Assembly: GCA_037446135.1 (NCBI GenBank)
Contig: JBBIJD010000002.1
Coordinates: 1-53,941 of the forward strand
From: Candidatus Fraserbacteria bacterium
GTDB taxonomy: Bacteria; Bipolaricaulota; Bipolaricaulia; RBG-16-55-9; JANLFV01
DNA: 53,941 bases
Direction of reading: 5' to 3'
Shown here: in pieces, positions 24,988-35,600 of the stretch
How the letters are laid out: the number at the start of each line of letters is the position of its first letter
Numbering within the stretch: the stretch's first letter is position 1
The notes under the pieces: model-generated
Told to the model about the DNA's origin: nothing
The model's input: the letters and a program-made list of their open reading frames with translations, nothing else
The model's database searches: none
Program-made: the position numbers and the translations under genes

Positions 24988-26369
24988 CAGGCCCTCCCTC
25001 CGATCGTCACATTCTGGACACGCATATGAGGCGCGCCGTCGGTGACCGGGAGAGGCATCTGGCCCCCCTTCCCGCAGCCGCCGGCCCCGCCCTTAATCTG
25101 GAGATCATTCCCGATCATATCGATGTCCCTCAAGATCTGGAAGACATTCCCCGTGAGGACTACATCCCGGAGCATCGCTCCCAACTCGCCGTGCTCGATC
25201 TCGTAAGCATAGGCGGCGCTGAAGGTGAACTGCTCGAACTCCGTCTGGCCACCGAAGGCCGACTTGGCGTAGATCCCATGATCGATCCCGCGGATCATCT
25301 CCTCAAAGGTATGAGAGCCCTTATCGATGTAGGTGTTCCTCATCCGGACGATCGGCTCGAACCGGTAGGAGATGGCCCGGGCATTCCCCGTCGGGAGCGC
25401 CCCGAGCTTAGCCGCGGTCTCTCGAGAGTGCATCAGCCCCTGGAGTACACCATTCTTGATCAGATACATCCGGCGCCGTGGGACACCCTCATCGTCGTAG
25501 CGGTAGTTCCCCCTTAGCCCGGGGAGATAGCCGTCCTCGATGACATTCAGCTCTTTTACTCCGAACTCCCTTCCCGGCTGGAGGAGCTCCCTCATCCGCT
25601 CGTTCTTGTAGGTGAAGTCGGCCTCACAGAGGTGACCGAAGGCCTCATGAATGAAGACCCCCGCGAGGTCCTGGTCCAAGATCACGGTGTATTGGCCGCC
25701 TTTGACCGGCTTGGCCGAGAGGAGGGCCACAGCCCGATTTGCCACCTCTTCGGCCTTCCCCTCCAGGCCCTCGACCAGCTCGAATCCCCGGGCCTCTCCG
25801 ATCGACTCGAAGGCCCGCTGAATGTTATCATCTTCCCGGGCCGTGGCCGCCAATAACAGGGTGATATCCGGCCGCTCCTCGAAGATGAGGGTCCCCTCGG
25901 AGTTGGCGAAGAGCCACTCCTTGAAGGAGTCGGTGTAGCGCGTAGTGGTCGAGACCACCTTCGGCTTGGAGAGCATGATCTTGTTGTAGCGTTCCACCAA
26001 CTCCTTCTTCTTCGCCAGGGGAATCCCTCGGAAGTCCTTCCCCAGCCGGACGCGGACCTCGTCCTCGACCGGCTCGAGCGGGGCGAGTGAGCTCCGCTCC
26101 CCTATTTTGGCACTCACGGCCCTGGCGATCCGGTAGGCCTCCTCGACCTTCTTCTCCAGCCCGCTCAGCGAATTGAAGACGGCGATCCCCCAGCCACCGT
26201 CGACGAGGCAGCGGACGAGCCCTCCGACCTCGGTCGAGGCCTCGATGTTCTCCAATCGGTCCCTCTGGAAGAGGACCTGGGTCCGCTGCTCCCGCTCGAG
26301 CCGGATCTCGGTGTAGTCAGCCCGGCTCTTGGCAATGGCGACACGAACCTTCGGCTCTAGCTCTAGCAT
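24987..26369 (-). CDS. tldD: TldD-family zinc metalloprotease (pair 2)
   Basis: ORF 24987..26369. HExxxH in IHEAFGHLCEAD and GGCGKGGQ near the C-terminus. Confidence 0.9.
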   Translation of the reverse strand: MLELEPKVRVAIAKSRADYTEIRLEREQRTQVLFQRDRLENIEASTEVGGLVRCLVDGGWGIAVFNSLSGLEKKVEEAYRIARAVSAKIGERSSLAPLEPVEDEVRVRLGKDFRGIPLAKKKELVERYNKIMLSKPKVVSTTTRYTDSFKEWLFANSEGTLIFEERPDITLLLAATAREDDNIQRAFESIGEARGFELVEGLEGKAEEVANRAVALLSAKPVKGGQYTVILDQDLAGVFIHEAFGHLCEADFTYKNERMRELLQPGREFGVKELNVIEDGYLPGLRGNYRYDDEGVPRRRMYLIKNGVLQGLMHSRETAAKLGALPTGNARAISYRFEPIVRMRNTYIDKGSHTFEEMIRGIDHGIYAKSAFGGQTEFEQFTFSAAYAYEIEHGELGAMLRDVVLTGNVFQILRDIDMIGNDLQIKGGAGGCGKGGQMPLPVTDGAPHMRVQNVTIGGRA

Positions 26370-26449
26370 CGTAGGCGTCTCACTCTCCTTTGCTCTTGTC
26401 TTCTGCTCCTGATTCTAGCAGAGCGGGCCGGCCCCAGGCCAAGTGCCCT

Positions 26450-26478
26450 TTGCTCCTCATCCCCCTGGGAGCTAAGAT
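26450..26478 (+). promoter_or_regulatory. Candidate promoter placing the MBL-fold gene as leaderless
   Basis: TTGCTC (26450-26455), 17 nt, TAAGAT (26473-26478). The ATG at 26487 lies only 8 nt after the -10 box, with no SD. Confidence 0.4.
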
Positions 26479-26486
26479 CCCCAACG

Positions 26487-28037
26487 ATGAGGCTGATCAT
26501 CCTCGACGGGGCGGAGGCGATTGGGGGGACGAAGCTTTATCTCGAATCCCGCGGGACCGGGCTCCTCCTGGACTTCGGGATCAACTATAAGCGCTGGGGG
26601 CTTTACTACGAGGAATACATCAAGCCTCGGGCCGCGCGCGGGCTCCTCGACCTCTTAAAGCTCGGGCTCGCCCCGAAGGTGGCTGGGCTCTACCGCCCGG
26701 ACCTCTTCCCTCAGGGATATTGCCCGGACCTTCACGAGCTCCAGGTGGACGGGGTCTTTATCTCGCATGCCCACCTCGATCACTGTGGCCTATTGGGGCT
26801 CTTGCGGCCCGAGATCCCGGTCCACACCTCGGCCCTGAGCGCGGCGGTGATGAAGGCAGTCCAAGAGAGCGGCCAGCTCGATTACTACAGCGAGCTAGCC
26901 TACATCAACCCCCGCCATCCGCGGGAAGAGGACCCTCGGGCCCTCCAGGGGGCCGATTGGCGGCGGGGTGCCTACTTCGGGAGGAACTGGGCTATCACCG
27001 ATGGGGCAAGCGTGTCGGTGCAGAGGTTCCTCTCCGCTCCGCCGAATCCCCGCGGCCGAGGGCTCATCCCCCAACCGGTCCGGGAAGCGAACGGCCGGAT
27101 CGGAAGCCTCAGTTATAAAGCCTTCCCAGTCGACCACTCGATCCCCGGCGCCTCGGCCTATGCCATCGAGACCGACCGCGGCTGGGCCGTCTACACCGGT
27201 GACCTGCGGTTCGGGGGCGAGCGAGGCAGATTGACCTCCGAGTTTGTGGCCGCCGCGCAGGGGCTCCGACCGTATCTCTTGATCATCGAGGGGACTCGGG
27301 CCGGGGCCGAAGGGCCCCAGATAAGCGAGGCTGAGGTCTATGAGAATGCTCTGAGGCTGGTCCGCCAACATCGGGACGAGCTGGTGGTCGCGGACTTCGG
27401 GCCGAGGAACATCGACCGGCTCCAGGTCTTCTTGAGGATCGCTGAGGAGACAGGCCGGAGGCTGCTTGTTCTGGCCAAGGACGCCTACCTTCTCGAGGCG
27501 ATCGCCGCGGCTGCGCCGGAGCAGGCCCTGCTCTCGCAGCCGAGCCTGGGGCTCTTCGATGAGGTGAAGGTCGAGCCCCGGCCCTGGGAGGAGCGGCTCC
27601 GCGAACGCTATGCAAGGAGGCTCGTCCGGCTCGAGGAGGTCCAGCGCGAGCCCGGCTCATTCATCCTGGCCTTCAGCTACTGGGATTTGAAGCATCTCCT
27701 CGACCTTGAGCCGCGCGGTGGGCTCTACATTTACTCCTCAAGCGAGAGCTACACCGAGGAGCAGAAGATCGATATGGCCCGGCTCTGGAATTGGCTCCAG
27801 TTCTTCGGCTTCGAGGTCGCCGGCTTCCGCATCGAAGGCGGCGAGCCGCGCTTCCCCGTGGGGCTCCATGCCAGCGGTCATGCCTCGGGAGAGGAACTCC
27901 TCTGGATGGCCAGAGAGATCAGGCCAAAGCTCCTCTTGCCGGTCCACACCGAGCATCCGGAATTCTTTCTCCAAGGATTGCGGGGTGAGCCGCTGGAGGT
28001 CCTCGAGGCCCGCGAGGGGATGGAGCTCGAACTTTAA
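26487..28037 (+). CDS. MBL-fold / beta-CASP-type hydrolase (RNase J-like family)
   Basis: ORF 26487..28037. HxHxDH motif ISHAHLDHCG, a later DHS, and C-terminal HASGHASGEEL typical of beta-CASP nucleases. Confidence 0.7.
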   Translation: MRLIILDGAEAIGGTKLYLESRGTGLLLDFGINYKRWGLYYEEYIKPRAARGLLDLLKLGLAPKVAGLYRPDLFPQGYCPDLHELQVDGVFISHAHLDHCGLLGLLRPEIPVHTSALSAAVMKAVQESGQLDYYSELAYINPRHPREEDPRALQGADWRRGAYFGRNWAITDGASVSVQRFLSAPPNPRGRGLIPQPVREANGRIGSLSYKAFPVDHSIPGASAYAIETDRGWAVYTGDLRFGGERGRLTSEFVAAAQGLRPYLLIIEGTRAGAEGPQISEAEVYENALRLVRQHRDELVVADFGPRNIDRLQVFLRIAEETGRRLLVLAKDAYLLEAIAAAAPEQALLSQPSLGLFDEVKVEPRPWEERLRERYARRLVRLEEVQREPGSFILAFSYWDLKHLLDLEPRGGLYIYSSSESYTEEQKIDMARLWNWLQFFGFEVAGFRIEGGEPRFPVGLHASGHASGEELLWMAREIRPKLLLPVHTEHPEFFLQGLRGEPLEVLEAREGMELEL

Positions 28038-28859
28038 TTAGCCGCTCCGCTTCAGCTTCCCAGTCCGCTTGGCATACCTCTCGCCGAGGCTGAAGGCTAT
28101 CAGCCCGCAAGGGATCAGGATTAGGCCCATCAAAACCAGAGGGAGCAGATAGCCCGCGAGCGCGGGGATCAGCTCACCCTCGAGTAGTGCCGCGCGCATC
28201 CCTTGGAGGGCATAGGTCGCGGGCGAGAGGGCCGCGAGCCGCTGGAGCCAAGGGGGCAGGACCTCGATGGGGTAGTAGATCCCGGAGATGAGGAGGATGA
28301 GGGCCTGGACCGCATAGCTCATCTGCTCACCCCGTTCGGGGAAGAGCAGGGGCAAGACCGCGGCGAAGATACCCAAGCCGATGAAGGAGAGGCTCCCTCC
28401 TAGGAGCACTAGGATCGCCCCGGTGAGGTTCGCCCGCCCCAGGTCGATCTGGAAGAAGAGGGCCACCACGGCGAGGATGAGGAGGGTCCTCACCAGTCCA
28501 TAGGCGATAGTGAAGGCCGTCGTCCCCAAAAGATGGGTGAGGCGGGAGACCGGGGCCATGAGGGTGTATTCGATCGTCCCCTCCCATCTCTCCCAGGAGA
28601 TCGCCTCGCTCAGGCCGTCGAAGACCGTCGCGAGATAGGCCCAGACGAGCGTCCCGACCAGGAGGTAGAGGATCAGGTAAGCGGTATCGACCCTCTGGCC
28701 GGTGATCGCCTCGATCCCGGCCCCGAGGTAAGTAATCGCCAGGGCCTCGACGATAGAATAGGTGAGCCAGACGAGCTCCCAGCCCCAATAGCGCTTCACC
28801 AGGTTGAAGTTCCGCTCGATGAAGGCGTAAGCGGCCCTCAGCTCCCTTAGCAGCCGCAT
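28038..28859 (-). CDS. ABC-2 type transporter permease
   Basis: ORF 28038..28859, about 6 predicted hydrophobic segments. Overlaps the upstream ATPase gene by 13 nt. Confidence 0.8.
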   Translation of the reverse strand: MRLLRELRAAYAFIERNFNLVKRYWGWELVWLTYSIVEALAITYLGAGIEAITGQRVDTAYLILYLLVGTLVWAYLATVFDGLSEAISWERWEGTIEYTLMAPVSRLTHLLGTTAFTIAYGLVRTLLILAVVALFFQIDLGRANLTGAILVLLGGSLSFIGLGIFAAVLPLLFPERGEQMSYAVQALILLISGIYYPIEVLPPWLQRLAALSPATYALQGMRAALLEGELIPALAGYLLPLVLMGLILIPCGLIAFSLGERYAKRTGKLKRSG

Positions 28860-29668
28860 CTCTCCTCCAGCTCAAAAGCCCGGCCAGTCAAGGCCAGGAA
28901 GACCTCCTCCAGGGTCGGGAGATGGCCATTCAGTCTGAATCGCTCCTTCAGGCCGGTGGGGGTGTCGCAAGCGACGATCCTCCCCTCAGCGATGATGGCG
29001 ATCCGGTCGGAGAGCCGCTCGGCCTCCTCCATGGCATGGGTGGTGAGGAGGACCGAGGCATCATGATCCGTCCTCACCTCGAGGATGAATTGCTGGACCT
29101 CACGGCGCGAGTAGGGGTCGAGCCCCGTGGTCGGCTCATCCAGGAGCAAGAGGACCGGCGAGGTGAGGAAGGCCCGGGCGATCGCGACCTTCTGCTGCAT
29201 CCCACGAGAGAGCTGCTCCAGCGGGCGATGGAGGCTTTGTCCCTCGAGCCCCAGTCGGGCCAGGATCTCCAAGGTGCGCCGGCGGGCTGTTCTCCCGCTC
29301 AGGCCATAGAGCCGGGCGGTGAAGAGGAGGTTCTCCATCGCCGTGAGCCCCTTGAAGAAGGCGGCGTCGGCCGAGACGCGGTTGATCAGCCTCCGCACCT
29401 CTCGCGGCTCGCGCTGGGCATCGTGGCCGAAGACCAGGATCCTCCCGGAATCGGGGATGAGGAGGGTAGCGATCAAGCGGACGAGGGTCGACTTCCCCGA
29501 GCCGTTGGGCCCGAGTAGGCCGAGGATCTCACCTCGGGGGACGGCCAGGCTGACCCCCGCCAAGGCAATGATCTGCTCACTCGGCCCCTTTGGCCGGAGA
29601 AGGCCGAAGAGACCTGCGACGGGGAAGGTCTTGGTCACATCCTGAACATCCAGCGCTAAGCCCTCCAT
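28847..29668 (-). CDS. ABC transporter ATP-binding protein
   Basis: ORF 28847..29749. The likely start is ATG 29666-29668 (MEGLALDVQDVTKTF) with GGAGGGG SD. Walker A GPNGSGKST, signature LSRGMQQK, Walker B LLLLDEPT. Confidence 0.9.
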   Translation of the reverse strand: MEGLALDVQDVTKTFPVAGLFGLLRPKGPSEQIIALAGVSLAVPRGEILGLLGPNGSGKSTLVRLIATLLIPDSGRILVFGHDAQREPREVRRLINRVSADAAFFKGLTAMENLLFTARLYGLSGRTARRRTLEILARLGLEGQSLHRPLEQLSRGMQQKVAIARAFLTSPVLLLLDEPTTGLDPYSRREVQQFILEVRTDHDASVLLTTHAMEEAERLSDRIAIIAEGRIVACDTPTGLKERFRLNGHLPTLEEVFLALTGRAFELEERCGC

Positions 29669-29907
29669 AGTTGCCCCTCCATGCAGCGCAACCTTGGACA
29701 GGCTCACAGGTAAAGGCGGCCACGGGCGCTCCAGCCGTGAAGCCCCCATGGCCGAGGGATCAGCTAATTGCGGGAGGCATCACGGGGAGCGCTCGCCAGA
29801 GCCTGAATAATCCCCATTAATCTCGTTTTATCTCTCACCCGTGATCTGCCAGGGATAATATACCGAATCGGAGCGGGGGAGTCAAGGCAGGCCGCACCCT
29901 AGAACTA

Positions 29908-29936
29908 TTGCAGAGGGGGGCTTTTGGCGTTATACT
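29908..29936 (+). promoter_or_regulatory. Candidate sigma-70-type promoter for 29991..30464
   Basis: TTGCAG (29908-29913), 17 nt, TATACT (29931-29936). A leader with GGAAGGAGG SD precedes the ATG at 29991. Confidence 0.45.
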
Positions 29937-29990
29937 TAGGCTAGCTAACTTTTGCCCCCGTCTTGCGAAGGGGGAAGGAGGTCAGCGGCC

Positions 29991-30464
29991 ATGATGGGGC
30001 TGAGGCGCCATGGGGCACTTCTGGCGGTTGTGGGGGGCCTGATCGGGATAGCCATGGGGGCGGCCTTCATCTTCCAGGGCCTCACCAAGGCTCACTGGAT
30101 GAAAGAGGCGATGCGCCTGGAGGGCGTGACCCTCGGGCTCGAGGAGGAGTTAGTGGCCAAGGGTGAGGTAGTCGACTCCGCCGCTGAGGCTCAGCGGGCC
30201 GGGGACATCATTAGGAGCGACCGGCGGGCGATCGCCTCGAGCTATCAAGAGCTGCTCGGCGGGGGAAGGTTCGATCCGACCAACCCGCGGCATCTCCTCT
30301 ATGCCCAGGCGATGAACATGGAGAACTACCTCTATTTGGCAGTCCTGGGCTTCGGGGTCACCACCTTAGCCATCGCCAGCGGGGCCTTCATGATCGTCAT
30401 GGGGCTCTCCTTGGGGGCACTGGGGATGGTACTGCTCAAATCGAAGCCCGCTATGGACGGCTAG
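29991..30464 (+). CDS. Two-TM membrane protein with an extracytoplasmic helical domain (function unknown)
   Basis: ORF 29952..30464, likely ATG 29991 after the SD. Hydrophobic segments ALLAVVGGLIGIAMGAAFIF and LAIASGAFMIVMGLSLGALGMVLL. Confidence 0.55.
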   Translation: MMGLRRHGALLAVVGGLIGIAMGAAFIFQGLTKAHWMKEAMRLEGVTLGLEEELVAKGEVVDSAAEAQRAGDIIRSDRRAIASSYQELLGGGRFDPTNPRHLLYAQAMNMENYLYLAVLGFGVTTLAIASGAFMIVMGLSLGALGMVLLKSKPAMDG

Positions 30465-30570
30465 AAGACCTCGAGCCGCCTGCGCTGCTGGAACAATTAG
30501 GGCCATGCGAGCGAGGGCTGAGCTGAGGGCCTATTTCTCTAAGGGGCTCCAGCGAGCTCGGCCGTTTGCC

Positions 30571-30598
30571 TTGCCCAAGTTCCCTGGCAGCCTATAAA
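30571..30598 (+). promoter_or_regulatory. Candidate promoter placing yggT as leaderless
   Basis: TTGCCC (30571-30576), 16 nt, TATAAA (30593-30598). The ATG at 30607 lies 8 nt after the -10 box, with no SD. Confidence 0.45.
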
Positions 30599-30606
30599 CT
30601 GGGAGC

Positions 30607-30906
30607 ATGTCTGTCAGAGAGCTGCTCTTCGCCACAGCTAAGGTCCTGGAGATCGCTATTTGGGCCTTGTATGGCCTGATCATCGTCCGAGCTATCGTCT
30701 CCTGGCTCCCATTAAGCCCAGGGAACCGCCTGGTCCAGGCCCTCTATCTCCTGACGGAGCCGTTCCTCCTCCCCATCCGCCGCTTGCTCTATCGGCTCTT
30801 CCCTCCTACGGGGCTTGACTTCTCCCCCATGATCGCCATCCTCCTCCTCTACTTGATCCAGAGGTTCCTCATCGGCTGGCTCTACGGGCTAGCCGGGCGG
30901 TTCTAA
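30607..30906 (+). CDS. yggT: YggT-family membrane protein
   Basis: ORF 30607..30906. YggT pattern IVRAIVSWLP ... LTEPFLLPIRRL ... LDFSPMIAILLL. Confidence 0.8.
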   Translation: MSVRELLFATAKVLEIAIWALYGLIIVRAIVSWLPLSPGNRLVQALYLLTEPFLLPIRRLLYRLFPPTGLDFSPMIAILLLYLIQRFLIGWLYGLAGRF

Positions 30907-30958
30907 GCCGGGTCAGGTCAGGCCCCGCCTCTCTCACTCCGGCGAGTGACGGAGTCGC

Positions 30959-30988
30959 TTGTCCCTCCCGCGCGGGCCGGGGTATACT
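30959..30988 (+). promoter_or_regulatory. Candidate promoter for eno
   Basis: TTGTCC (30959-30964), 18 nt, TATACT (30983-30988). AAAGGAGG SD at 31011-31018. Confidence 0.35.
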
Positions 30989-31025
30989 TTGCTTTGGAAA
31001 CGATCTTATTTAAAGGAGGTCCGCC

Positions 31026-32312
31026 TTGAGAGAGGCTTACGACTTCTGGACGGAGATCGACGAGGTCCATGCTCGGGAGATCCTCGACTCGCGGGGGAAC
31101 CCGACGGTCGAGGTCGATGTCTTCCTAAGTGACGGCTCATTCGGGCGGGCCGCGGTCCCTTCCGGGGCCTCAACAGGGAAGCATGAGGCTCTAGAGCTTC
31201 GGGATGGGGGCGAGCGGTTCGGGGGGAAGGGGGTCCTCAAGGCCGTGGCGAATGTGAACGAGACGATCGCCCCGGAGATCATTGGCCTGCCAGCGGTGGA
31301 GCAGGCAGAGATCGATCGCCGGCTGATCGAGCTCGATGGGACGGAGAATAAGAGCTACCTCGGGGCGAACGCGATCTTAGGGGTCTCGCTAGCCGTGGCC
31401 CGGGCTGCTGCTGATTCTCTAGGGCTCCCGCTCTTCAGGTATCTGGCGGGGGTCCGCCCGGTCGGGCTCCCCATGCCGATGCTGAACATCCTCAATGGGG
31501 GCGTCCATGCCGACAATAACTTGGAGATCCAAGAGTTCATGATCGTCCCCTTGGGGGCAACGACCTTCGCCGAAGCGATCAGGATGGCCGCCGAGGTCTT
31601 CCAGACCTTGAAGAAGATCCTGAAGGAGCGGGGCCTCTCCACCAGCGTGGGCGATGAGGGTGGCTTCGCCCCGAACCTAAAGGACAATGAGGCTGCCTTA
31701 AGGCTCCTAGTCGAGGCGATCGCCCAGAGTGGTTGGGAGCCCGGCAAGGATGTCTATCTGGCGATCGATGCCGCTGCCTCGAGCTTCTTCTCCAAGGGGC
31801 GCTACAACTTCGAGGGGAGGAGGCTCAAGAGCCAGGACCTGATCGAGATCTACGAGAGATGGGCCGAGGAATTCCCCCTCGTCTCACTCGAGGACGGCCT
31901 GGCGGAGGAGGACTGGGAGGGCTGGGTTGAGCTGACCTCCCGGCTCGGGAAGAGGCTCCAGATCGTCGGTGATGACATCTTCGTCACTAATCCCAAGCTC
32001 CTCAAGCGGGGGATCGCCGAAGGGGTCGCCAACTCCATCCTCATCAAGTTAAATCAGATTGGGACCCTCACCGAGACATTGGAGACGATGGAGCTCGCCT
32101 GGCGAGCAGGCTATACCTGCATCGTCTCGCATCGCTCGGGCGAGACGGAGGATACCTTCATTGCTGACCTGGCGGTCGGGGCCGCCTGCGGTCAGATCAA
32201 GACGGGGAGCGTGAACCGCTCTGAGCGGATCGCGAAATACAACCGGCTCATCCGCCTGGAGGAGGAGTTCGGGCTCCCCTTAAAGAGCAGCTTATGGGCG
32301 CGATCAGCCTGA
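31026..32312 (+). CDS. eno: Enolase (phosphopyruvate hydratase)
   Basis: ORF 31026..32312 (TTG start, SD 7 nt upstream). [40 protein letters not shown]. Confidence 0.95.
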   Translation: MREAYDFWTEIDEVHAREILDSRGNPTVEVDVFLSDGSFGRAAVPSGASTGKHEALELRDGGERFGGKGVLKAVANVNETIAPEIIGLPAVEQAEIDRRLIELDGTENKSYLGANAILGVSLAVARAAADSLGLPLFRYLAGVRPVGLPMPMLNILNGGVHADNNLEIQEFMIVPLGATTFAEAIRMAAEVFQTLKKILKERGLSTSVGDEGGFAPNLKDNEAALRLLVEAIAQSGWEPGKDVYLAIDAAASSFFSKGRYNFEGRRLKSQDLIEIYERWAEEFPLVSLEDGLAEEDWEGWVELTSRLGKRLQIVGDDIFVTNPKLLKRGIAEGVANSILIKLNQIGTLTETLETMELAWRAGYTCIVSHRSGETEDTFIADLAVGAACGQIKTGSVNRSERIAKYNRLIRLEEEFGLPLKSSLWARSA

Positions 32313-32629
32313 GCGCAGCTCGCAGGCGGGCCAGGCTCAAGCGGGCCTTGGCCCTCCTCGCACTCAGCGGCCTTGCCCTGCTGGTCTTGGGGGCCGTCTA
32401 CCTCTTCGTCTCGCGGGCTTTGGCGATCAAGCGGATGGAAGCTGAGCTGGTCCGGCTCGACCGCTTGGAGGAGGAGCTCCTCCAGGAGCGGCAGAGGCTG
32501 GAAGGGCTCTATGCCAGGCGGTTCGACAATGGATATATGGAATACTTGGCGAGGAAGGAGCTCGGCCTGATCGCACCAGGCGAGGAGAAATACATCATCA
32601 TCGAGGAGGCCCAACCTCAAGGGAGATGA
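32294..32629 (+). CDS. ftsB: Septum formation initiator (FtsB/DivIC family)
   Basis: ORF 32294..32629. Basic N-terminus, one TM segment and a coiled coil ([23 protein letters not shown]), then [17 protein letters not shown]. Overlaps the eno 3' end. ATGA overlap with dnaE. Confidence 0.7.
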   Translation: MGAISLSAARRRARLKRALALLALSGLALLVLGAVYLFVSRALAIKRMEAELVRLDRLEEELLQERQRLEGLYARRFDNGYMEYLARKELGLIAPGEEKYIIIEEAQPQGR

Positions 32630-35600
32630 CCGACTTCGTCCACCTCCACGCCCATTCCGAATACAGCATGCTCGATGCTACCTGCCGGATCGAGGAGCTC
32701 CTCCTCAAGGCCAAGGAGTATGGGATGCCGGCCCTGGCCCTCACCGACCATGGGGTCCTCTGCGGGGCGATCGAGTTCTATCAAAAGGCCAGGATCTATG
32801 GGATCAAGCCGCTCATCGGGGTCGAGTTCTACTTCGCCCCACGGGGGAGGCAGGACCGGACCCCCGGGCGGGAGAAGTATTACCACCTCCTCGCCCTGGC
32901 CGAGGACGAGCGGGGCTACCGGAACCTGCTCAAGCTCGCTAGCCTAGGCTACAGTGAGGGCTTCTACTATAAGCCGAGGATCGATCTGGAGCTGCTGAAG
33001 GAGTATCGCGATGGACTGATCGTCACCACCGCCTGCAAGAGCGGGCTCTTAGCGAAGCCTCTCCTCTCCGGCCGGCCGAAGGAGGCGGAGGAGTGGGCCA
33101 GACGGCTCCGCGAGCTCTTCGGCCCGGAGAACTTCTTCGTCGAGCTCCAGCGCCACGGCCTGGCGGAGGAACAAGAGGTCAATGAGGAGCTGATCAGGCT
33201 GGCCGAGCGGCTAGAATTGCCGCTCCTCGCGACGAACGATATCCATTACATCGCCTCGGCCGACAGCAAGGCCCATGAGATCCTCCTCAACATCCAGGCG
33301 AGTAAGGCCGAGGAGCGCCGCTCCTATGAGGGGGATCAATACTACTTCAAGTCCGGGGAGGAGATGGCTGCCCTCTTCTCCGATCTCCCTGAGGCGCTAG
33401 AGAACACCCTCCGGATCGCTGAGCGCTGTAATGTAAATCTGGAGTTGGAGGCCGCCCATCTCCCCCGATTCGACCTCCCTCCGGGTTACGCCGATCCCAT
33501 GGCCTACTTGCGCGAGCTCGTCTTCCGCGGGGCCCACGAGCGCTACGGCGAGGCGCTCCCCCAGGCGGTCCAAGAGCGCTTGGAATACGAACTGGGCGTG
33601 ATCGCGAAGATGGGGTTCGTCCCCTACTTCCTGATCGTCCAGGACTTCGTCCGGTATGCCCGAGAGAGGGGGATCCCCGTCGGGCCTGGGCGGGGCTCGG
33701 CTGCCGGGAGCCTGGTCTCCTACTGCCTGAGGATCACCGATCTCGACCCCTTGGAACACGGCCTACTCTTCGAGAGGTTCCTCAATCCCGAGCGGATCAG
33801 CCTCCCGGATATCGACATCGACTTCTGCCCCAGGAGGCGCGATGAGGTCATCAACTATGTGGCCGAGCGGTATGGCCGTGAGAGGGTGGCCCAGATCGTG
33901 ACCTTCGACACGATGGCCGCCCGGAGCGCAGTCCGCGATGTGGCAAGGGCCTTGGGGATCTCCTACAGCGATGCCGACCGGATCGCGAAGCTGATCCCCT
34001 TCGGGGCCTCACTCGAGGAGGCCCTGGGGAGCGTCCCCGAGCTGAAGCGGCTCTACGAGAGCGACCCCCAGGTCCGGAGCCTGATCGAGGTCTCCGAGAA
34101 GCTGGAGGGCCTGGTGCGGAACCCCTCGACCCACGCCGCTGGGGTGGTGATCGCCCCCGGCGAGCTGACCGATTATGTCCCGCTCTTGCGCCTGAGCGAC
34201 GGCTCGCTCGTGACCCAGTATGACATGGTCGCCTTAGAGGCGATCGGGATGCTCAAGATCGATTTACTGGGCTTGCGGAACCTGACGGTCATCGCCGATG
34301 CGCTCGCCGCGATCAAGAAGAACTGCGGGGAAGAGCTAAGGCTCGAGGCGCTCCCGCTCAATGACCCCAAGGTCTATCAGCTCTTGCAGGAGGGGCGGAC
34401 GACCGGGATCTTTCAGCTCGAGGGCTCGGGGATCAAGGACTTGGTGAGGAGCCTCGCCCCGACTGAGTTCAAGGATATCGCCGCCCTGCTCGCCTTATAC
34501 CGTCCTGGGCCACTGGAGAGCGGGATGGCTGCGGAGTTCATCGCCCGGAAAGCGGGCCGCCAGCGGGTCTCCTATCCCCATCCGGACCTCGAGCCGATCC
34601 TCGAGGAGACTTACGGCCTCCCGATCTATCAGGAGCAGTTGCTCCTCATGGCTCGAGTCCTGGCCGGCTTCTCCCTCGGGGAGGCTGACCTCCTGAGGAA
34701 GGCGATCGGGAAGAAGGAGCGGAAGACGATGGAGGCCACACGGGAGAAGTTCATCCAGGGCTGTGTCCGGAATGGGATCCCCATCGAGAAGGCCCTCGAT
34801 CTCTTCAGCGACATCGAGAAATTCGCCCGCTACGGCTTTAACAAGGCCCACTCTACCGCCTATGCCCTGATCACCTACTGGACCGCCTACCTCAAGGCCA
34901 ACTACCCCACGGAGTATATGGCCGCTCTCCTCACCAGCGTCGCGGACAATACCGAGAAGATCGCGGAGTATGTCCAGGAATGCCGGGAGCTGGGGATCGC
35001 CGTCCTCCCTCCGGAGATCAATGAGAGCGATCTTTACTTTACGGCCCACGATGGCCGGATCCGCTTCGGCCTGGGGGCGATCAAGAATGTCGGTGAGACC
35101 GCGGTCCAAGCGATCCTCGAGGCCCGCGGGGCCCGTCCCTTTAAGTCGTTCGTCGACTTCTGCCGCCGGGTCGATCCCCAGCGGGTCAACCGCGAGGCGC
35201 TCGAGGCCCTGATCAAGGCCGGGGCCTTCGATAGGTTCGCCACCCGCAAGGGGCTGCTGAAGCAGGTGGAGGTCGGCCTTGAGCTGGCCCATCTCGCCTC
35301 CGCCGAGCGGCGGAGCGGCCAGCGTTCCTTCTTCGCTGAGGAGGAGCTCACCCCGACCCTAGCGATCGCGACCGAGGAGTTCCCCCCGGAGGAGCTCCTC
35401 CGCTTCGAGAAGGATCTCCTCGGGCTCTATCTCAGCTCCCATCCCCTCTTGGAATGGGAGGAGGAATTGGCCTGCCTCCGCTCCCATAGCCTGAATGAGC
35501 TTGAGGGAGTTCGGGCCGGCGAGCCGGTCTACCTCGGCGGGCGGATCGATGGTGTCCGTGTCATCACGACCTCGAAGGGGAGGAGGATGGCCTTCGTCAG

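Noticed and set aside
22080-26369. The idea that the Gly-rich peptide is a microcin B17-like RiPP precursor matured by the adjacent TldD/PmbA pair.
   Set aside because: The peptide has a Sec-type signal rather than a leader, and it has no Cys. No cyclodehydratase, dehydrogenase or dedicated exporter is nearby. It is on the opposite strand and belongs to the two-component transcription unit with its own terminator. I kept it only as a low-probability alternative.
28035-28040. Convergent MBL-fold and ABC-2 permease genes abut with zero spacer (TAA immediately followed by the TTA complement of the other stop).
   Set aside because: This is a real feature of the sequence but probably just compact genome organisation. 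There is no hairpin or other signal to interpret.
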